Part shown: positions 18,660-29,268 of the stretch, in pieces | Position numbering within the stretch: the stretch's first letter is position 1 | Layout of the letters: each line of letters begins with the position of its first letter | DNA from: an uncultured Gemmatimonadales bacterium | GTDB lineage: Bacteria; Gemmatimonadota; Gemmatimonadetes; Gemmatimonadales; GWC2-71-9 | DNA: 64,000 nt | Reading direction: 5' to 3' | Assembly: GCA_963739455.1 (NCBI GenBank) | Contig: CAVUAK010000001.1 | Coordinates: forward strand, 640,001-704,000 | The notes under the pieces: generated by a model | Seen by the model: the letters and a program-made list of their open reading frames with translations, nothing else | Told to the model about the DNA's origin: nothing | The model's database searches: none | Made by a program: the position numbers and the translations under genes

Positions 18660-19895
18660 ATGTTCCGTCGCTTCCGGCTCATCGCACTCGCCCTGCCTGT
18701 CCTGGCGGGCTGCTTCACCAGCGAGACGCTGAATTCGCCCGACCTCTCGAACAACAACGGGTTGTTCACCCGGTTCGTGTCGATCGGCACCAGCATTTCC
18801 GCCGGCTTCCAGTCCGCCGGCATCAACGACAGCACCCAGCAGCGCTCGTTCCAGGTCCTGGTGGCGCAACAGGCCGGTGCCAGCTTCTCCTGGCCCGGCC
18901 TGAACAAGCCGGGCTGTCCCGCGCCGTTCACCAACAACGTCACCCAGGCCCGGGTGGGTGGCCCCGCGGCACCCCAATGTTCCCTGCGGCAAACACCGAT
19001 TCCCCACAACCTGGGGAACTTGGCGGTGCCGGGACTCACTGCGCCCGACCTGTTCACGAACACGGGATCGCCGACCAGCACCTACGAGCGGCTGCAGACC
19101 TTCTTTCTCGGTGGCCAGACACCGTGGAACGCGGTGAAGGCGGCCCAACCCACGCTGCTCAGCATCGAGATCGGCTCGGCCGACGTCATCGGCGCCGTGT
19201 CGTCGCTTCCCAACCCCGGTGATCCCGACTCCATCACGCCGTTTCCGGTGTTCGCGGCGAACTACATCCGGTTCGCAGACAGCGTCGACGCGATCGGCAC
19301 CAGGGTGGTGGCGCTCACCGTTCCCGATATCACGCAGATCCCTTACAGCTCTCGTGGCAGCACCTACTGGTGCCTCAAGAACGGATGCCCCGGTGTCCCG
19401 GTGTCTTTCCCGCCCAACTACACGGTGGACAACAACTGCGCATCGCCACTCACCGGGATTCCCGGCGCGAATGGCGACTCGGTCCTCGTCCCGTGGACCA
19501 TCGGTGTAGCCGGGCTCCTGCGGGCCTCGTCGCCGCCGTTCACGGCGTTCAACCTGGATTGCAGCAGTACGCTGCAAGTGGTCACGCCGGCGGAATACAA
19601 GAACATCCGGACCACCACAGACGAGATGAACCAGCTCATCCGCGAGCAGGCAACCACGCGCGGCTGGGCGCTCGTCGAGGCCGGACCGATCTTCGCACAG
19701 CTCCAGGTGCAGGATGGCGGTATCCCGCTTTTCCCGGGGTTGGGTGCCGTCCCGGCCGGCGGCTCCGTCGACTTCGGCCACTGGTTCTCGCTCGACGGGT
19801 TCCACCCGAGCTCGGCGACGCACCGCGTGGTTGCCGATTCGGTGATCGCGGTGGTGAACCGGAAGTTTGACACGCAGATCCCGGCGGTACCTTAG
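18660..19895 (+). CDS. SGNH/GDSL-like hydrolase lipoprotein
   Basis: Lipobox LAGC, FVSIGTSISAG block I, NLAVPG, DGFHP block V. Confidence 0.75.
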   Translation: MFRRFRLIALALPVLAGCFTSETLNSPDLSNNNGLFTRFVSIGTSISAGFQSAGINDSTQQRSFQVLVAQQAGASFSWPGLNKPGCPAPFTNNVTQARVGGPAAPQCSLRQTPIPHNLGNLAVPGLTAPDLFTNTGSPTSTYERLQTFFLGGQTPWNAVKAAQPTLLSIEIGSADVIGAVSSLPNPGDPDSITPFPVFAANYIRFADSVDAIGTRVVALTVPDITQIPYSSRGSTYWCLKNGCPGVPVSFPPNYTVDNNCASPLTGIPGANGDSVLVPWTIGVAGLLRASSPPFTAFNLDCSSTLQVVTPAEYKNIRTTTDEMNQLIREQATTRGWALVEAGPIFAQLQVQDGGIPLFPGLGAVPAGGSVDFGHWFSLDGFHPSSATHRVVADSVIAVVNRKFDTQIPAVP

Positions 19896-19907
19896 GCTTG
19901 AAGGCTT

Positions 19908-20014
19908 CAGGACGTGAGGGCTTGAAGTGACCGACGGGCGGAAGGCAGTGGCTTTCCGTCCGTCGTCCCTTTCCACCACCTCAAGTCCTCACGTCTTCAA
20001 GTCCTCACGTCCTG
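19908..20014. repeat. Nested inverted repeat / structured intergenic element
   Basis: Outer arms 19908-19927 / 19995-20014; inner stem 19932-19946 / 19951-19965; direct repeat TCAAGTCCTCACGTC x2. Confidence 0.7.
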
Positions 20015-20029
20015 GGCTAACTTCTCCCC

Positions 20030-20611
20030 ATGCCATTGACCCGCGACCAGGCCCTCGCCCTCGTTCACGAGTACACCCAGTCGGAGCCTCTCCGCCGGCA
20101 CATGTACGCGGTGGAGCTGTCGATGCGGGCGCTCGCCGAGCAGTATGGCGAGAATGCCGACGACTGGGGTCTCGTGGGGCTGCTGCACGACTTCGATTAC
20201 GAACGGTTTCCCAACGCGCAGCACTCGGCGACGGATGAGCATCCTGCGGAGGGCGTGCGCATCCTTGCGGCGCGCGGCCTGACCGACACGATGCAGCGGG
20301 CGATCCTGGGACACGCCACCTATACCGGCGTGCCTCGGGACACATTGATGGCGCGAGCCCTCTTTGCGGCGGACGAACTCTCGGGGTTCCTGGTGGCGTG
20401 CGCCATGGTACGGCCCAACAGGAGCCTTGCCGATCTCGAGGCGCCAAGTGTTCGCAAGAAGCTCAAGGACAAGGCATTTGCCCGCGGGGTAAGCCGGGAG
20501 GATGTTCAACTCGGTGCCGAGGAGCTGGGGGTGCCGCTGGACGACCTGATCGGGAAGCTGATCGGCGCGCTCCGACCCCACGAGCGATTGCTCGGGCTCG
20601 GCGCTCCCTGA
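20030..20611 (+). CDS. HD domain phosphohydrolase (HDIG-like)
   Basis: RRHMYAVE, GLLHDFD, AADELSG, KAFARGV. Confidence 0.85.
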   Translation: MPLTRDQALALVHEYTQSEPLRRHMYAVELSMRALAEQYGENADDWGLVGLLHDFDYERFPNAQHSATDEHPAEGVRILAARGLTDTMQRAILGHATYTGVPRDTLMARALFAADELSGFLVACAMVRPNRSLADLEAPSVRKKLKDKAFARGVSREDVQLGAEELGVPLDDLIGKLIGALRPHERLLGLGAP

Positions 20612-20680
20612 CCTGCGCCATCACGGGTACGGCGGGGCCCCGGCGTGAACCGGGGCCCCGCTCAACGTTTGAGGAGGCTG

Positions 20681-21238
20681 GTGCGTAATAGGGACGCAGG
20701 TGACGGCGAGCTGGCTCGCCAGGCGGCGGCAGGAGACCAGGAGGCCTATGGCCTCCTGGTGGAACGCCACGGCGAGACCGCCAGGCGGGTCGCTCTCTCG
20801 ATACTCCGTGACGAGCACGATGCCGACGACGCGGCCCAGGATGGCCTCGTCGCGGCCTGGCGGTCGCTCGAGCGCTTCGACCTGGCGCGCCCGTTCCGGC
20901 CCTGGCTCATGCGCATCGTCGTGAATGCCGCGCGCGACCTGGCACGCCGGCGGGTGGTGCGGCAGGCGGAGGCCATCAGTCCCGACGTGCCGGCCGCCGG
21001 GGCCAGCCCGGAGCAGGACACCGAACGCTCCCTGCTCCGTGCTCGCCTTCGGGCGTCACTGGCAACGTTGCCGGAGCGACAGCGGCTCGTGGTAACTCTG
21101 TTCGACGCGGAAGGCTTTTCGCACGCCGAGATCGCCGACCTGGTGGGAGCGCCGGAAGGCACAGTGCGCTCTGAGTTGTTTCATGCACGACGCGCGCTCC
21201 GGGAAGACCTGGGCGCGGTGCGGGAGGAGCTGCAATGA
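20681..21238 (+). CDS. ECF RNA polymerase sigma factor
   Basis: DADDAAQD, F.PWL.RI, region 4 EIA..VG.PEGTVRS.L; GAGGAGG RBS before GTG 20681. Confidence 0.9.
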   Translation: MRNRDAGDGELARQAAAGDQEAYGLLVERHGETARRVALSILRDEHDADDAAQDGLVAAWRSLERFDLARPFRPWLMRIVVNAARDLARRRVVRQAEAISPDVPAAGASPEQDTERSLLRARLRASLATLPERQRLVVTLFDAEGFSHAEIADLVGAPEGTVRSELFHARRALREDLGAVREELQ

Positions 21239-21576
21239 GCGGAATAAATCCCTTCGACCCCGAGCGTGACCCGGCGCTGGGCGCGATGCTGCGCGACGCG
21301 CTGACCGGCGCCGATCACGCCGGCTTCATCGCGCGGGTACGCGCGTCGGTGGGGCTGACACGGCAGGAGCGCACGTTCGACGTGCTCGCCCGGTGGCTGC
21401 GCCCGAATGTCGCCGCTGCGGCAGCTGCCGTCATGATCCTGGGTGCTGCCCTCTGGTGGTATCAGGCGGCGCACGCACGCGGCGCCGACGGCACTGCAAC
21501 GGTGGCAGAGCTCCTGGTGTCCGATTCGGTCCCGGCGCAGGAAATCCTGATCGCCGGCCTCCTGGAGGCCCGATGA
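21235..21576 (+). CDS. Putative anti-sigma membrane protein
   Basis: Coupled to the sigma gene by ATGA overlap; single TM helix. Confidence 0.6.
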   Translation: MSGINPFDPERDPALGAMLRDALTGADHAGFIARVRASVGLTRQERTFDVLARWLRPNVAAAAAAVMILGAALWWYQAAHARGADGTATVAELLVSDSVPAQEILIAGLLEAR

Positions 21577-21956
21577 TCTCTTCCACCCGGCGAGCGACCG
21601 TCCTCCTCATCGCCACCTTCGCGCTGGGTGCGGCCGCGGGTGCCGGGGCAACGGCGTACCGTGCGCGCACCCCCGAGCCACCACCGGGCGGACGCTCAGC
21701 GTGGTATCTCGATCGCCTGAAGCGCAACCTCGACCTCACGCCGGTGCAACAGGACAGCGTGAAGGCGGTGCTCGATCGCTACACCCCGGCGATGGACTCG
21801 CTCATGAGCGAAATCCGGCCCCGGCTCGACACAGTCCGAACTCAGATGCGTGCGGAGATCGCGCGGTTCCTCGACCCAAGGCAGCAGAAGGAGTACGAAG
21901 AGATGCGGTTGAAGCATGAACGAGAGCGCCAGGCCGGAGGGTCGAATGGGCGCTAG
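21573..21956 (+). CDS. Periplasmic helical protein (Spy/CpxP/LTXXQ-like)
   Basis: N-terminal TM, LDLTPVQQ and LDPRQQKEY motifs. Confidence 0.6.
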   Translation: MISSTRRATVLLIATFALGAAAGAGATAYRARTPEPPPGGRSAWYLDRLKRNLDLTPVQQDSVKAVLDRYTPAMDSLMSEIRPRLDTVRTQMRAEIARFLDPRQQKEYEEMRLKHERERQAGGSNGR

Positions 21957-23266
21957 CAGGCTTGCGATGATGCTGTTGCTCTTGCCCGCGCTGGCGCAGG
22001 CGCAGCAGGCCACCGCGACACTGGTGGTGCCCGGCACCGCCCCCGAGATCACGCTGCAGGAGGCGATTGCCCTGGCCGGCCGGGTGCAGCCGTCGGTGGT
22101 GCAGGCGCAGGCCGCGATCCGGAACGCTGAGGCGCAGCGCCTGGTAACGGTGGGTGCCTGGCTACCGACCCTGAACGCCTCCTCTGGCTTCGGCTACTTC
22201 TTTGCCGAGGGCGTGCGAGTGGACCCCAACACCAACCAGCTGCTCAACGGTGAGTCGCAGACGCTGAACGTTGGCGTGAGCACGAGCTGGGACATTTTCA
22301 CCGGCTTCCGCCGAGGCAACGACAGCCGGGCCGCGAAGGCAGGCGTGTCAGCGGCCCAGGCCAGCTTTGCGAATGCATCATACCAGCAGCGCTTCAACAC
22401 CACGCTGCAGTTCTTCACCGCCCTCGCCGGGCGGGAGATCGTCTCGGTGCGCGAACAGAGCGTGAAGCGCGCCGAAGAGCAGCTCAAGGCGGCTGTCGCA
22501 CGGCTGCACGCCGGCACGGCGACGCGTTCCGACTCGCTCCGCTCCGTGGTGACACTCGGCAACACGCAGGTGGCGCTGTCGCAGGCACAGGCCAACCTGA
22601 TCGCCGCCGAGGCGGCGCTGGCGCGCCTCGTCGGGTACGACGGTCGCGTACGCGCGGCTGATGACTCGGCGTTCTACCACCCGGTGACCGCGGTGGACAC
22701 GACAGCCCTGATGGACGAGGCGATGCGCCGGTCACCGGCAGTGCAGAGCACCGTCGGCGACGCTGTCACAGGCGCAGTCGCAGCTCAAGGCATCGAAGTC
22801 CACCTGGTGGCCGCAGCTCGCGCTCGGCGGCAGCTGGGGGTACAACGGCAACAATTCGAATGGCTTCGGCCTGCAGAACCAGCGGCAGGCCAACCTCACG
22901 TTCAACTGGGCGGTATTCAACCGCTTCACGCGGGAGCGGAACATCCAGCTGCAGATCAGCAACGTGGAGGTGGCCGAGGCCAATGCCGCCGACGCCGAGC
23001 ACCAGGTGCAGTCGGTGATGCTGGGCCAGTTCGCGCAGGTTGACGCGGCCAGGCTCCAGATCGACATCTCGCACCAGAGTTACGAGGCGTCGGCCGAGGA
23101 CCTCCGGGTTGTGGCGGAGCGGTACCGGCTGGGCGTGGCCACGATCGTGGACCTCCTGGTATCGCAGGAGAGCCTGACGCAGGCCGAGCTGGAGGTGGTG
23201 AACGCGCGCTTCACGTACCTGCAGGCGCTGGCCCAGATCGAAGCCACCGTGGGGAGGCCGCTGTGA
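21946..23266 (+). CDS. TolC family outer-membrane efflux protein; frameshift near 22753
   Basis: [25 protein letters not shown]; frames join at [14 protein letters not shown]. Confidence 0.85.
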
Positions 23267-24018
23267 GCCGGGACATGCTCGACACCGCCGAACGGATGGC
23301 GCAACTGCCGGCCGACACGCCGCGGGATGCGGTGATCGTGACGCGCAACCTCGAGCGCGACTACGTCATGGGCACCGAGACGGTGCGCGCGCTGCGTGGT
23401 GTGGACCTCGTCATCCGCCGCAACGAGTACGTGGCGATCATGGGCCCGTCCGGCTCCGGCAAGTCCACGCTGATGAACATGATCGGCTGCCTCGACACGC
23501 CATCGGCCGGCGAGTACTGGCTCAACGGTCACCGGGTGTCGGAACTGGGCGATGACGAGCTCGCGCGCATCAGGAACCGCGAGATCGGCTTCGTGTTCCA
23601 GACGTTCAACCTGCTTCCGCGCGCCACGGCACTGCACAACGTGGAGCTGCCGCTCGTGTACGCCGGCAAGCCGTCGAAGCAGCGCAAGGAACTCGCGACG
23701 GAGGCGCTGCGCCGGGTGCAGCTCGCCGACCGGATGCACCACCGCCCGAACGAGCTGTCGGGCGGCCAGCGGCAGCGCGTCGCGATTGCGCGAGCGCTGG
23801 TGAACGAGCCGAGCATCCTGCTGGCCGACGAGCCGACCGGCAACCTCGACTCGACCACGAGCGAGGAGATCATGGCCCTCTTTGCGGGACTCCATGCCCA
23901 GGGCCAGACGGTCGTCCTCGTGACCCATGAACATGACATTGCCATGCACGCCAACCGACAGATCCACCTGAAGGATGGTCGCGTCGAGCGCGACTTCCTG
24001 ACCGAGAGGACCAGCTGA
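23263..24018 (+). CDS. ABC transporter ATP-binding protein (MacB/LolD-like)
   Basis: [30 protein letters not shown]. Confidence 0.95.
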   Translation: MSRDMLDTAERMAQLPADTPRDAVIVTRNLERDYVMGTETVRALRGVDLVIRRNEYVAIMGPSGSGKSTLMNMIGCLDTPSAGEYWLNGHRVSELGDDELARIRNREIGFVFQTFNLLPRATALHNVELPLVYAGKPSKQRKELATEALRRVQLADRMHHRPNELSGGQRQRVAIARALVNEPSILLADEPTGNLDSTTSEEIMALFAGLHAQGQTVVLVTHEHDIAMHANRQIHLKDGRVERDFLTERTS

Positions 24019-25533
24019 TGCGCATCCGTTTCCTGTCCGTCGTGCTCCTTGCCGCCGCCTGCTCCAAGCCGGCCCCGAAGCCGGTCTACCAGGCACTGGC
24101 GGTCGAGAAGCGCGACATCGTCGTCTCGGCACAGGCCTCGGGCGCGATCCAGCCGGACACCACCGTCGAGGTGAAGACGCGGGCCTCGGGCGAGGTGCTG
24201 CAGATCCTCGCCGAGACGGGCCAGCTCGTGAAGCGTGGCCAGCTCCTCATCCGGATCGACCCGCGCCAGGCGAAGAACGCAGTGGACCAGTCGAAGGCCC
24301 AGCTCACCCTGGCGCAGGCGCAGCTGGACAACGCGAAGACGCAGCTGGACCGGTCGAAGACGCTGCGTCGAGGCGCAGACGATCACGCAGCAGGAGTACG
24401 AGACGGCACAGCTGGCCTATGCGAGCGCCAGCGCCTCGGTGGTCCAGCGGCGCATCGAGATGGAGAACAACCAGATCTCGCTCGAAGACACCGACGTGAA
24501 GGCGCCGATCACCGGCGTCATCATCCAGAAGGGCGTGGAGCGCGGGCAGGTCGTGGCATCCGCCACCTTCAATGCCGGCGGCGGCACGGTGCTGATGAAG
24601 ATGGCCGACCTCAACCTGGTGCAGGTGCGCACGCTGGTGGACGAGACGGACATCGGCAAGATCAAGGCGGGGCAGGCCACGACGGTGACCGTGGATGCCT
24701 ATCCGAACCGGCCGTTCAATGGTGAAGTGCTGAAGATCGAGCCGCTGGCGGAGGTCCAGCAGAACGTGACGATGTTCCCGGTGCTGGTGCGCATCGACAA
24801 CCGCGAGGGGCTGCTCCGCCCCGGCATGAACTCCGAGGTGGAGATTCACGTCGGGCGGCGCGACAGCGTGCTGGCGGTGCCGAACTCGGCGTTGCGCACG
24901 CAGAAGGACGTCGCCTCCGCCGCGGGTGTGCTTGGCCTGACGATGGACCAGGTCACGGCACAGCTCGCCGCATCGAAGCCGGCACCTCCCACGGGGGACA
25001 CGGCGGCGCGCCAGGTGCCGGTTGGCGCCGGCGCCGCTCCCGCGGCCACCGAAAAGGCTGCCAATACGATGACGACGCCCGACGGGCGGGTGGTCAAGCT
25101 GCCCGACGGCGCCACCGAGACACAGATGCGCGCCATCTTCGCCAAGTTCCGGAACGGCGAGCAGCCCACGGCGGAAGAGCGCCAGCTCCTCCAGAAGATG
25201 CGGCAGTTGAATGGTGGTGGCGCCGGCGGGCGCCAGCGCCCGCAGGGCAGTGACTACCAGTCGGGCGGGAGCTACGTCGTCTTCAAGACCGATTCGTCAG
25301 GCCCCGTGGCAATCGCCGTGCGCACCGGCCTCACGGACCTCGACTACAGCGAAGTGATCTCGGGACTCAAGGAGGGTGACTCGGTGCTGGTGCTTCCGAG
25401 TGCCAGCCTGATCAACTCGCAGCAGGAGTTCAAGAACCGTATCCAGTCGATGACGGGTGGCGGCATGCCCGGAATGAAGGCGGCCACCCCCGCGGCGGGC
25501 GCTGCCCGGCCTGCGGCGCCGGCGGGGCGATAG
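24018..25533 (+). CDS. MacA-like periplasmic adaptor; frameshift near 24366
   Basis: Lipobox LAAAC, VEVKTRASG, APITG, VDETDIG, LRPGM. Confidence 0.85.
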
Positions 25534-25535
25534 CA

Positions 25536-26747
25536 ATGCAGATCGGCGAGACGGTGGCAGTCGCGTTCCAGTCCATCCGGGCCAACAAGCTCCGGGCGGC
25601 GCTGACGATGCTCGGCATCGTCATCGGCGTCGGGGCGGTCATCACCATGGTGGCACTCGGAAGCGGCGCGCAGAAGGCGGTAGAGGACCGTATCAACGCG
25701 CTCGGCGCCAACCTGCTCAACGTCTACGCCGGCCAGATGAACGTGCGCGGCGTCGCGACCGACCAGCGCGTCAGCCTGACGGTGGACGATGCCGACGCGC
25801 TCAAGCGTGACGCCCGGCTGATCAGCAATGTGGTGCCGGAGCTGTCGAAGCAGGTGCAGGTGAAGTACGGCAACCAGAACATCAACATCAACGTGGTGGG
25901 CTCGACGGCGAACTATTCCACCGTGCGAAACTACACGGTGCCGTATGGTCGCATGTTCACGCAGGGAGATGACGAGGGACGCGAACGCTACGCGGTTCTT
26001 GGGTCGCAGGTGCCGGAGATGCTGGGCGCCAACCCGGCGGCGATGATCGGCCAGACGCTCGCGATCAGCGGCATTCCATTCGAGATCATCGGGATCCTGA
26101 GCGAGAAGGGCTCGCAGGGGTTCCAGAATCCCGACGAGCAGATCCTGATTCCGCTGCAGACGGCCCGGTTCCGGGTCTTCGGCACCGACCGGCTGCGCAC
26201 CATCACCATCGAGGTGGCCAAGGGCGTCCCGCTGGAACAGGGGATGGTGGACATGGAGCGGATCCTGCGCCGGGAGCACAAGATCCGCCCCGGGGCCGAC
26301 AACGATTTCCAGGTGCGCAACCAGCGCGAGTTCCTCGCGACGCAGCAGGCCGCAACCCAGGTGTTCACGGCGCTCCTGGCTTCGATCGCGGCGGTGAGCC
26401 TGATCGTCGGCGGCATCGGCATCATGAACATCATGCTCGTGTCGGTGACCGAGCGCACTCGCGAGATCGGCGTGCGGAAGGCCCTCGGCGCCACCAAGCT
26501 CAACATCCTGCTCCAGTTCCTCATCGAGGCGCTGGTGCTGTGCATCAGCGGCGGCACGATCGGCATCATTCTCGGCGTAAGCGCCGCGATCGGGTTGTCA
26601 AAGCTGATGCACTGGAACACGCTGATATCGCCGGCATCGATTGCGGTGGCATTCGCCTTCAGTGCCGGCGTCGGGCTCTTCTTCGGCATCTGGCCTGCGC
26701 GGAAGGCGGCCTCCCTGGACCCGATCACTGCCCTGCGGTACGAGTAG
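25536..26747 (+). CDS. MacB-like ABC permease
   Basis: LTMLGIVIG, GGIGIMNIMLVSVTERTREIG, LDPITALRYE. Confidence 0.95.
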   Translation: MQIGETVAVAFQSIRANKLRAALTMLGIVIGVGAVITMVALGSGAQKAVEDRINALGANLLNVYAGQMNVRGVATDQRVSLTVDDADALKRDARLISNVVPELSKQVQVKYGNQNININVVGSTANYSTVRNYTVPYGRMFTQGDDEGRERYAVLGSQVPEMLGANPAAMIGQTLAISGIPFEIIGILSEKGSQGFQNPDEQILIPLQTARFRVFGTDRLRTITIEVAKGVPLEQGMVDMERILRREHKIRPGADNDFQVRNQREFLATQQAATQVFTALLASIAAVSLIVGGIGIMNIMLVSVTERTREIGVRKALGATKLNILLQFLIEALVLCISGGTIGIILGVSAAIGLSKLMHWNTLISPASIAVAFAFSAGVGLFFGIWPARKAASLDPITALRYE

Positions 26748-26755
26748 CGGCAACC

Positions 26756-26977
26756 CTACTCGTCGGCCGCGTCTGCCCACACGTGGACGCGGCCGTCGGC
26801 GTCGACCTCGACGTGCACCTGCCATGGCTGGCAGCACACGGGACAATCCTCCACATACTCCTGCTGGGCCCCCCCGGTCGGGTCCACCGTGATCTCCACG
26901 GTTTCCCCGCAGTAGGGGCAGGAGAGTTCCTGTTCCGTCTCCGCCCGGTCTTCACCATCCCGTTCGTCCTCGTCCAT
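26756..26977 (-). CDS. CPXCG motif cysteine-rich protein
   Basis: CPYCGE...YVEDCPVCC. Confidence 0.85.
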   Translation of the reverse strand: MDEDERDGEDRAETEQELSCPYCGETVEITVDPTGGAQQEYVEDCPVCCQPWQVHVEVDADGRVHVWADAADE

Positions 26978-27077
26978 GCCCTGTCCCCTCATGAGTCGTC
27001 AGTGACAACCGCTCTTGCGAATCGGTGACCCGGCGGGCAACATCTTCCCGCGCGCCCACCCCCACCACCGGCACCGC

Positions 27078-28074
27078 ATGACACGAAGCCTCATCCTCGG
27101 CACCGGCATGGCCGTGCCCGATCGCATCGTCACCAATGACGACCTTGCGGCGGTCATGGATACCACCGACGAGTGGATCGCGCAGCGCACCGGCATCCGG
27201 CAGCGCCACTGGGTGCGCGAAGGGGAGACCGGTGTCGACCTTGCGGAACAGGCCAGTCGACGTGCCGTGCGAGGCGTCGGGGCTGGCCCTCGGGGACATC
27301 GACGCCATCGTGCTCGCCACGTCCACACCAGATCACTTCGCACCCGGCAACGGTGTGCTGCTGCAGCACCGACTCGGCCTCGGCCCCATTCCGGCGCTCG
27401 ACCTCAGGGCGCAGTGCAGCGGCTTCGTCTACGCCTTGGCGACGGCGGACGCGTACATCCGCTCAGGCCTCTTCCGGCACGTACTGGTGGTGGGCCAGGA
27501 GGTGCAGTCTACCGGCATGGACGTCAGCACGCGCGGTCGGGCCACGGCGGTGATCTTCGCGGACGGGGCCGGCGCGGTCGTGCTTGGCCCCTCAACAACA
27601 GATGCCCGAGGCATCCTGGGCTTCGACCTGCACTCCGACGGCGCCTTCTGCGACAAGCTCTGGGTGGATGCACCCGGTTCGATGTATCACCCCCGAATCA
27701 GCGCGGCGCTTCTGGACGAGGGCCGGCAGTTCCTCGACATGGACGGCAAGGAGGTCTTCCGTCATGCAGTGGTGCGGATGCCCGAGTCGGTGCTCGCGGT
27801 GCTGGCGAAGGTGGGCGAACCGCTGGAGGGAGTGAAGCTGCTGCTGCCGCACCAGGCCAACCTCCGCATCTCCGAGATGGTGCAGAAGACGCTCGGCCTG
27901 CGGGACGACCAGGTCTACAACAACATCATGTCGTATGGCAATACCACCGCGGCCACCATTCCGATTGCGCTCGATGAGTGCGTACGCGCCGCCCGCCTGC
28001 AGGCGGGCGACCTCGTGGTCGGAACGGCGTTCGGGTCGGGCTTCATGTGGGGAAGCGTGGCCTTCCGCTGGTAG
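27078..28074 (+). CDS. fabH: 3-oxoacyl-ACP synthase III; frameshift near 27265
   Basis: DTTDEWI..RTGI, AQCSGF, PHQANLRI, GNTTAA, FGSG. Confidence 0.9.
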
Positions 28075-28083
28075 CGCGGAAGG

Positions 28084-28512
28084 TCAGGGATACTTCGCGG
28101 CGTAGTACTCCTTCGTGCGGCGGGCCCGAAGCCGGAAGAGCTCCTCGTCGTGGTCGGCATGCTCGACCCGAAGGTACAGGTCGCCGGGCCACATGACGCA
28201 GCGCAGCGACCAGGGCGCGCCCGACGCTTCCATCATCCACTCGAGTGCCCCGCCACCGGCATCAGTTCGCTCGATCTCGCTGTCACGCTCCAGCCGCACC
28301 ACGGCGGGGACACCCATGACCGATGCGCGCTCCTCGTCCAGGCGCAGTTCCGCCTCGTCCCAGGAATTGAACGCGAGCTCGCCGGGCACCCGGTCGTTGC
28401 GCTCGAGGAGTTCGAGGTCGACCTCCCAGGGGCCAAGGATGTCCCATGCGTGGTCCATGCTGCCCACGTCGGGGATGGTGACCAGCGGATGCTTGCTGCC
28501 CATGCGGTCCAT
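28084..28512 (-). CDS. Hypothetical protein
   Basis: Acidic, Trp-rich coding-like ORF; start 28512 or 28503. Confidence 0.6.
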   Translation of the reverse strand: MDRMGSKHPLVTIPDVGSMDHAWDILGPWEVDLELLERNDRVPGELAFNSWDEAELRLDEERASVMGVPAVVRLERDSEIERTDAGGGALEWMMEASGAPWSLRCVMWPGDLYLRVEHADHDEELFRLRARRTKEYYAAKYP

Positions 28513-28639
28513 TCTCCCGGTGTAGCTAAGTGGGGAATACTGGCGGTGTTGTCGACAAAGCGACATGCATGAAACTCGCCGGGTGGTTGTTCCGTACTGA
28601 AACGCGAACATGGACTCAACAGGTAAACCGGGATTTCAC

Positions 28640-28942
28640 ATGGTAGGCAAGCTCATGGCACTCACTTCCCTGCTCATCTTCGCCGCATCGGCGCTGGGCA
28701 GCTATTTCTTCGCGCGCAGCTTCGTGCAGCGTCGGTTGCGGTTCGTCGATGCGATGCGGTCTCCGTTCGCCCCCCTCATTGCCGGGGCCGCGGCGTTCCT
28801 GATCGCCTGGCCCCTGTCGGCGCTTCCGCTCGTGAGCCTGGGCACCGCCCTCGTGTTCGGCGTCGGCACCGGCATGGGGACCGCCGCCGGAGTCCGGGCA
28901 CTTGGCCGGTCGGACGTATCACGCGGGAGGCTTTACCCATGA
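28640..28942 (+). CDS. Small membrane protein
   Basis: Three hydrophobic segments, FVQRRLRFVD; start uncertain (28610, 28640 or 28654 region). Confidence 0.55.
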   Translation: MVGKLMALTSLLIFAASALGSYFFARSFVQRRLRFVDAMRSPFAPLIAGAAAFLIAWPLSALPLVSLGTALVFGVGTGMGTAAGVRALGRSDVSRGRLYP

Positions 28943-29013
28943 ACGCAGGATGGAACAACATGCGCTGGGAGAGGCGCCTCGCCACCAGTGCACGGGCACG
29001 CTACTTTTTCGTC

Positions 29014-29262
29014 ATGTCTCACATCACGTGTACCCGATGCGGCCAGACGCGCGACCAGATGGCCTTCCAGCCTTTCCAGAATGAGCTGGGGCGGAAGCTC
29101 TACGCCGAGATCTGTGCCCCCTGCTGGGCGGAGTGGCTCAAGGCGCAGCAGCAGATGATCAACCATTACGGCCTCAACGTGCGCGATCCCAAGGCGAAGG
29201 AGATGCTCCTCAAGAGCATGGAGCAGTTCCTCTTTGCCGGAGGCCAGATCCAACTGTCGTGA
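29014..29262 (+). CDS. Fe(II)-trafficking/oxidative damage protection protein (YggX-like)
   Basis: P..ELG..IY..I...W.EWL..Q...IN...L.......L...M..FLF pattern. Confidence 0.85.
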   Translation: MSHITCTRCGQTRDQMAFQPFQNELGRKLYAEICAPCWAEWLKAQQQMINHYGLNVRDPKAKEMLLKSMEQFLFAGGQIQLS

Positions 29263-29268
29263 GGTGAC

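Noticed and set aside
20632..20669. ECF promoter GAAC...CGTT inside a 12-bp hairpin
   Set aside because: The AAC-to-CGT spacer is only 15 nt and the start would fall in the RBS. The hairpin is more simply a terminator-like element.
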